The notes beneath the pieces were generated by a model. That model was not told where the DNA came from, made no database searches, and saw only the letters and a list, made by a program, of their open reading frames with translations. A stretch of 64,000 bases of DNA from a virus (taxonomy: Duplodnaviria; Caudoviricetes): IMG/VR virus record IMGVR_UViG_3300031890_000005, positions 603-64,602 of that record; one strand, written 5' to 3'. Shown piece after piece: positions 61,401 through 64,000 of this stretch (its first letter is position 1; every line of letters begins with the position of its first letter). Both the position numbers and the translations under genes were made by a program.

Positions 61401-62253
61401 GGTTTGTCGCATTCGCACCCGTCGTGAACACCCGCGTGGTTGCCGAGCCACCAACCTGACCGCCCATAAAGATCCATGGAGCGACTCCCGAACCTAGCGG
61501 CGGCCCACTAGCATCATACCTAACCTGCAGCGGGCCACGTGGTGGGAACTGTGTCGCTGGATGTCGCAGCGCGGGCGGGCCGGCGCGTATTACAGCCGAT
61601 GGAGGAACTGTGACCGCCGCAGCTGCAAAGCTAGCCGCACCGTCATACCAGCCGACCGAGACACCAAGAGTACACGAGCAGGTAGTCAATGATGTAGACG
61701 TAGCAACCAGATAGCCCATCGAGACGCCGCCGCCGGTAAGCAGGACATCACCGATCTTAGCAAAGCCACCCGTGTAAGTCGTACTAGTAGCCGCAGCTGC
61801 AAACCCCTGGCCGAAAACGATCAAGTCACCTACATTAACGGGAGTGATCGTCATGCTGCTAGCGGCGGAGGTGCCATGGATGGCTCCAGCCAGGCCAGTC
61901 GGATTAGTAGCATTGGCAGCCTGCGGAGCAAGTCCGGAGCAGGCGGCGGCGAGAACCTGGTTGCCGGGACCGGCGACAGTGACGGTGATGGTATCGGAGG
62001 TGGTCAGCGCGGCGGTCGGGGTGCCCGGTGAGCCCTTATAGGTAGAGTAATAGAACGATATGCCATTAGAGGCATCCTCAAACGACTGAAGATAAGTGTT
62101 GCCCTTGGTGTCGGAAACGGCAGTGGCCGCGCCCCCGGTGTTGCAGTAGACGAAGATCGCGTCGCCGGGGCTAGTGGGAGTAGCAACCGTGAGCGCAGGG
62201 TTGGCAGCGCCTGCAGAAATGGACGCTATCTGATACGGCGTGCCCGCAGCCAC
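58459..62253 (-). CDS. Large Ala/Ser/Thr/Gly-rich repeat fibre protein
   Basis: Two N-terminal beta-sandwich units, about 35 repeats of 18-20 aa, C-terminal 10-aa repeats. Confidence 0.85.
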   Translation of the reverse strand: MAAGTPYQIASISAGAANPALTVATPTSPGDAIFVYCNTGGAATAVSDTKGNTYLQSFEDASNGISFYYSTYKGSPGTPTAALTTSDTITVTVAGPGNQVLAAACSGLAPQAANATNPTGLAGAIHGTSAASSMTITPVNVGDLIVFGQGFAAAATSTTYTGGFAKIGDVLLTGGGVSMGYLVATSTSLTTCSCTLGVSVGWYDGAASFAAAAVTVPPSAVIRAGPPALRHPATQFPPRGPLQVRYDASGPPLGSGVAPWIFMGGQVGGSATTRVFTTGANATNPGDTLLLILTINVATITISSVVDSVGNTYIQDGAVATTSPLLFAFRCPGATGGPGGGQTAAVPAGTSVTVTCTAASGTMSVSGFAVPGNAWGAVDTMMPSTGYNGNAASITQSITPTNDNELVVFGQSNQPTGLPITITPSPPLYSQMSTQQQLMTWTYSSPQAGSSGVAQSYTSQQTAATLVRGFAWTFLVAPVGVSWTAAGTASNASAASGTVALLMATAGTASNVSAASGTIAAILAAAGTASNASAASGTIAATLAAAGIASNASSASGIITATLAAAGIAVTTSSASGRLSLPNIAGTATSTSTASGTVGLLMAAAGTAISISSASGTITATLAAAGTAANVSSTSGAVTLLAAAAGTASNASSASGAVTLTMAATGTASNASAATGVFAVPIAGTASNASSASGAVTLTMAAAGIASNVSSATGSVTFRNIAGIASNVSTASGAIVAIVAATGTASNASSASGTVTATLAVVGSASNASVATGAFGGVAIAGIASNVSVATGTIAAILAAAGTAANVSAASGAVTLTVAFGGTAANVSVTATAVTVTLATAGTASNASVAQGVFGATTIAGAASNVSIASGTIVATLTFAGIASNASSATGALVSTLAAAGAAVTASAAQGAFGAQTATGTAANVSVANGAITATLVIAGAATNSSQASGTVGLLAATAGTASNASSASGTITATLAVAGTASNVSTTAGVFGAQQITGSASNVSMASGTVTLAAVASGTAANVSVAQGAIVATLTASGTAVGASVATGVITTRLAIASAAVSTSTATGSFGAQAVTGTAVSVSSAVGTVTVTQAVVGLASSVSVATGAFATVPGMSGAASNVSTATGALVGAGATTATAANVSLAIGTVTAKMSIGGTAVTVSSTPLAFFGGMPTLIGTAVNVSITYAGAFVVSAYLAALELDVVPVIVGRLDIMPQIAGRLDTMPQITGRLDTVPSIGARPDVMPVVEGRLDTQPKVAEVVP
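58700..60805 (-). repeat. Degenerate coding repeat array (about 20 aa / 60 bp)
   Basis: Consensus LAAAGTASNASAASGT(I/V)xAT. Confidence 0.85.
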
Positions 62254-62260
62254 AAGCGCC

Positions 62261-62851
62261 TCAGCTAGCTAGGGACTCGACCAGGAACCGGTTGCACTGA
62301 ATAGTCGCGTTAGCTCCCGCCAGAGTACCTCGCAACACGATCGGCATCGCTACCGTGGTATCTACAGCGGCGAGGGTGTCACCCGCCGAGTTAGGCGCGG
62401 CTAGCGCCATGCCCGGCGTGACGGTCAACGCGATCGGGTTAGCGGGCAGAGCTGCTCCAGAGTTGAACAGGGTCAGCTTGCCCCAGCTAGAGATCGTATT
62501 ACCGGACGAGGCGATGTTGGTAATCGTATGCCACGACTCCCACTGCCACTGAATGCCCGTGACTACCGTCGTGCCTGTAGTCAGCCCGTTCGGCGTACAG
62601 AGCGTAGTCGGTGTGGCCCCAGCCGCGGCAAAGATCGTAGCTGTAGTCGAGGTCGCCGTAGTAGTGAGAATGCCAGTAGCTAGGATATGCAGACCAGCGC
62701 CCCAGTACAGATACTGCGTGCCGATGCTGAAGTCCTTTGGGCCAGTAGTCTGTGGACTAATAGTTGCCGTGGTCGCCGTAGACAGCGCCGTGCCTGCATT
62801 GGTCTGCCATGGCGCTCCCCAGTTCAGCCACTGAGAATATCCAAGCGGCAT
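62261..62851 (-). CDS. Thr-rich virion structural protein
   Basis: SD AAGGAGG; beta-rich. Confidence 0.7.
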   Translation of the reverse strand: MPLGYSQWLNWGAPWQTNAGTALSTATTATISPQTTGPKDFSIGTQYLYWGAGLHILATGILTTTATSTTATIFAAAGATPTTLCTPNGLTTGTTVVTGIQWQWESWHTITNIASSGNTISSWGKLTLFNSGAALPANPIALTVTPGMALAAPNSAGDTLAAVDTTVAMPIVLRGTLAGANATIQCNRFLVESLAS

Positions 62852-62852
62852 A

Positions 62853-63137
62853 TTACCTCCTTACTACCAGCGCCATCACCACGCCGCCGCGATCCGCGCA
62901 CTCCCGACAGTAGGCATTGGCCATGAAGCACATCGCCTCGTGAGTCGAGCAGAGCCAGACGCCGCGATCGTGACCATACTTACATGTTCGTATAAAAGGT
63001 CTCGTAGGGGTCGTCCCGCACCTCCCGAGCCCATCCCCGCGTAGGGCAGTACAAGGATGAACTCGCGACACCTTCTCGTCTACGAACGCAGGACCGAACG
63101 GAATTACACTGCCAGGCGCTTTTCCTAGACCTGACAT
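62853..63137 (-). CDS. Cys-rich (Zn-binding) small protein
   Basis: C...C...C..GH...LC..H...C...YC..C. Confidence 0.55.
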   Translation of the reverse strand: MSGLGKAPGSVIPFGPAFVDEKVSRVHPCTALRGDGLGRCGTTPTRPFIRTCKYGHDRGVWLCSTHEAMCFMANAYCRECADRGGVVMALVVRR

Positions 63138-63565
63138 GTAAACGCCGCCGCAGCTGCCTGAAGCGAGTCACCGTTCGCAGGAGTACGAGACGCCGTAAGC
63201 AGGAACGCGACAACAAAGCTCGCCGTTGACGTCACCGTTGTGGTACCCAGCCCACCCCAGTTGATCGTTGCACCAGTACCCGTCGTGAACGGTCCGAACG
63301 TGATCGTGCCCGAGTTCGAGATCACCGACGGCGAAGCCACCGATGCAGTACCGGTCGCGAACGTCTGAGCTGAGTAGCCGGTCGCCCCATAGACCGTGCC
63401 CTGGTTCAGCAACGTCCACGTGTTGTCGACCGAACCGGAAGTCGCGTTGGTCAACAGATGCAGATAGACCGAACCGGCGACAGGACCCTGAGTCTTCAGG
63501 AAGATCTGATTCAGGGCTTGCTGCTCGCCGTAGGTCATGATCTGGCCGGCAGAGATCGTGCTCAC
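63125..63565 (-). CDS. Virion structural protein
   Basis: YL.LLT...Y..Q...G.A.......SN...ITF; SD GGAGGTGA. Confidence 0.7.
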   Translation of the reverse strand: MSTISAGQIMTYGEQQALNQIFLKTQGPVAGSVYLHLLTNATSGSVDNTWTLLNQGTVYGATGYSAQTFATGTASVASPSVISNSGTITFGPFTTGTGATINWGGLGTTTVTSTASFVVAFLLTASRTPANGDSLQAAAAAFTCQV

Positions 63566-63909
63566 GCAGTCACCTCCGTAAAGTGGCTAGCGAAGAACTC
63601 CGGATCGACTGACGTGCGCCGCTCGTCGCCGTGCTGATCAGTCCATGTAACGACCTTCAGGCCGTTCTCGTCGTCCTCCGGCTCGAGCTCGACCTCGGTC
63701 CCGTCATGCAGGTCGAGATCGTGCATCGAGCGGCCGAGGAACGCGTCTAGCTGCTCGCGCTGCTCGTCTGTCGGGTTGACGATCTCGAGCGCGGCTCGCA
63801 AGGAAGCCGCGACTTCTGGAGGCTGAGCATCCCGGGTCTTCAGGTCACCGTCAGCATGATGCGACCCGAGTCCCTCCCCCTCCGAGTGTTCGTACTTATA
63901 CTTGGCCAT
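63562..63909 (-). CDS. Acidic hypothetical protein
   Basis: SD GAGGAG; GTGA coupling to the next gene. Confidence 0.75.
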   Translation of the reverse strand: MAKYKYEHSEGEGLGSHHADGDLKTRDAQPPEVAASLRAALEIVNPTDEQREQLDAFLGRSMHDLDLHDGTEVELEPEDDENGLKVVTWTDQHGDERRTSVDPEFFASHFTEVTA

Positions 63910-63921
63910 GTGCTCCTCACT

Positions 63922-64000
63922 CTAAAAGTCAGGCCCGGCTAGGTATCCGCTCCAGGCTCCTACCGGTATCCACGGGAAGTCGGCCTCGAACGGCACCACG
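63922..64000 (-). CDS. 3' end of upstream late gene (partial, possibly head-tail adaptor)
   Basis: Frame VVPFEADFPWIPVGAWSGYLAGPDF ending in TAG at 63922-63924. Confidence 0.5.
   Translation of the reverse strand, partial: VVPFEADFPWIPVGAWSGYLAGPDF

Noticed and set aside
41000-63600. Plus-strand ORFs in the right arm (e.g. 54792-55640, 56354-57058, 59717-60892)
   Set aside because: They are antisense shadows of structural genes; the long open frames reflect the repetitive Ala/Thr codons on the coding strand.
1-64000. Integrase, repressor, terminase, portal, capsid, primase or replicative helicase
   Set aside because: No supporting motifs seen; the essential ones probably lie outside the window, so lifestyle cannot be settled from absence alone.

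Overview
This window is part of a tailed dsDNA phage genome with siphovirus-type tail genes. The host is probably an actinomycete, judged from a DUF397 gene, an actinophage-type GH25 endolysin and holin, and high GC. Two arms converge on a hairpin at about 40.5 kb. The plus-strand arm (1-40.5 kb) starts with about 24 kb of small, mostly unknown genes driven by ten near-identical strong promoters and punctuated by stem-loop plus Shine-Dalgarno modules. It continues with an SNF2-type helicase, a holin, a Cas4-like exonuclease/Sak4-like ATPase/SSB module, and a 7-deazaguanine pathway (queE, queD, folE, a TGT/DpdA-like protein; no queC in the window). It ends with a UDG-PolA fusion, a GT4-FkbM fusion, a permuted papain-like enzyme and a RuvC-like resolvase. 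The minus-strand arm (40.5-64 kb) holds late genes: nuclease, endolysin, minor tail proteins (one with a clan GH-A domain), Dit, a tape measure with a lytic transglycosylase domain, frameshifting tail chaperones, major tail and neck proteins, and a large repeat fibre. Non-coding highlights are a D-stem-less tRNA-like RNA with alanine identity (G3:U70) and a structured RNA upstream of queD. I saw no integrase, CRISPR array, terminase, portal, capsid, primase or rRNA genes here. All family assignments come from motif recognition by eye, not from database searches.
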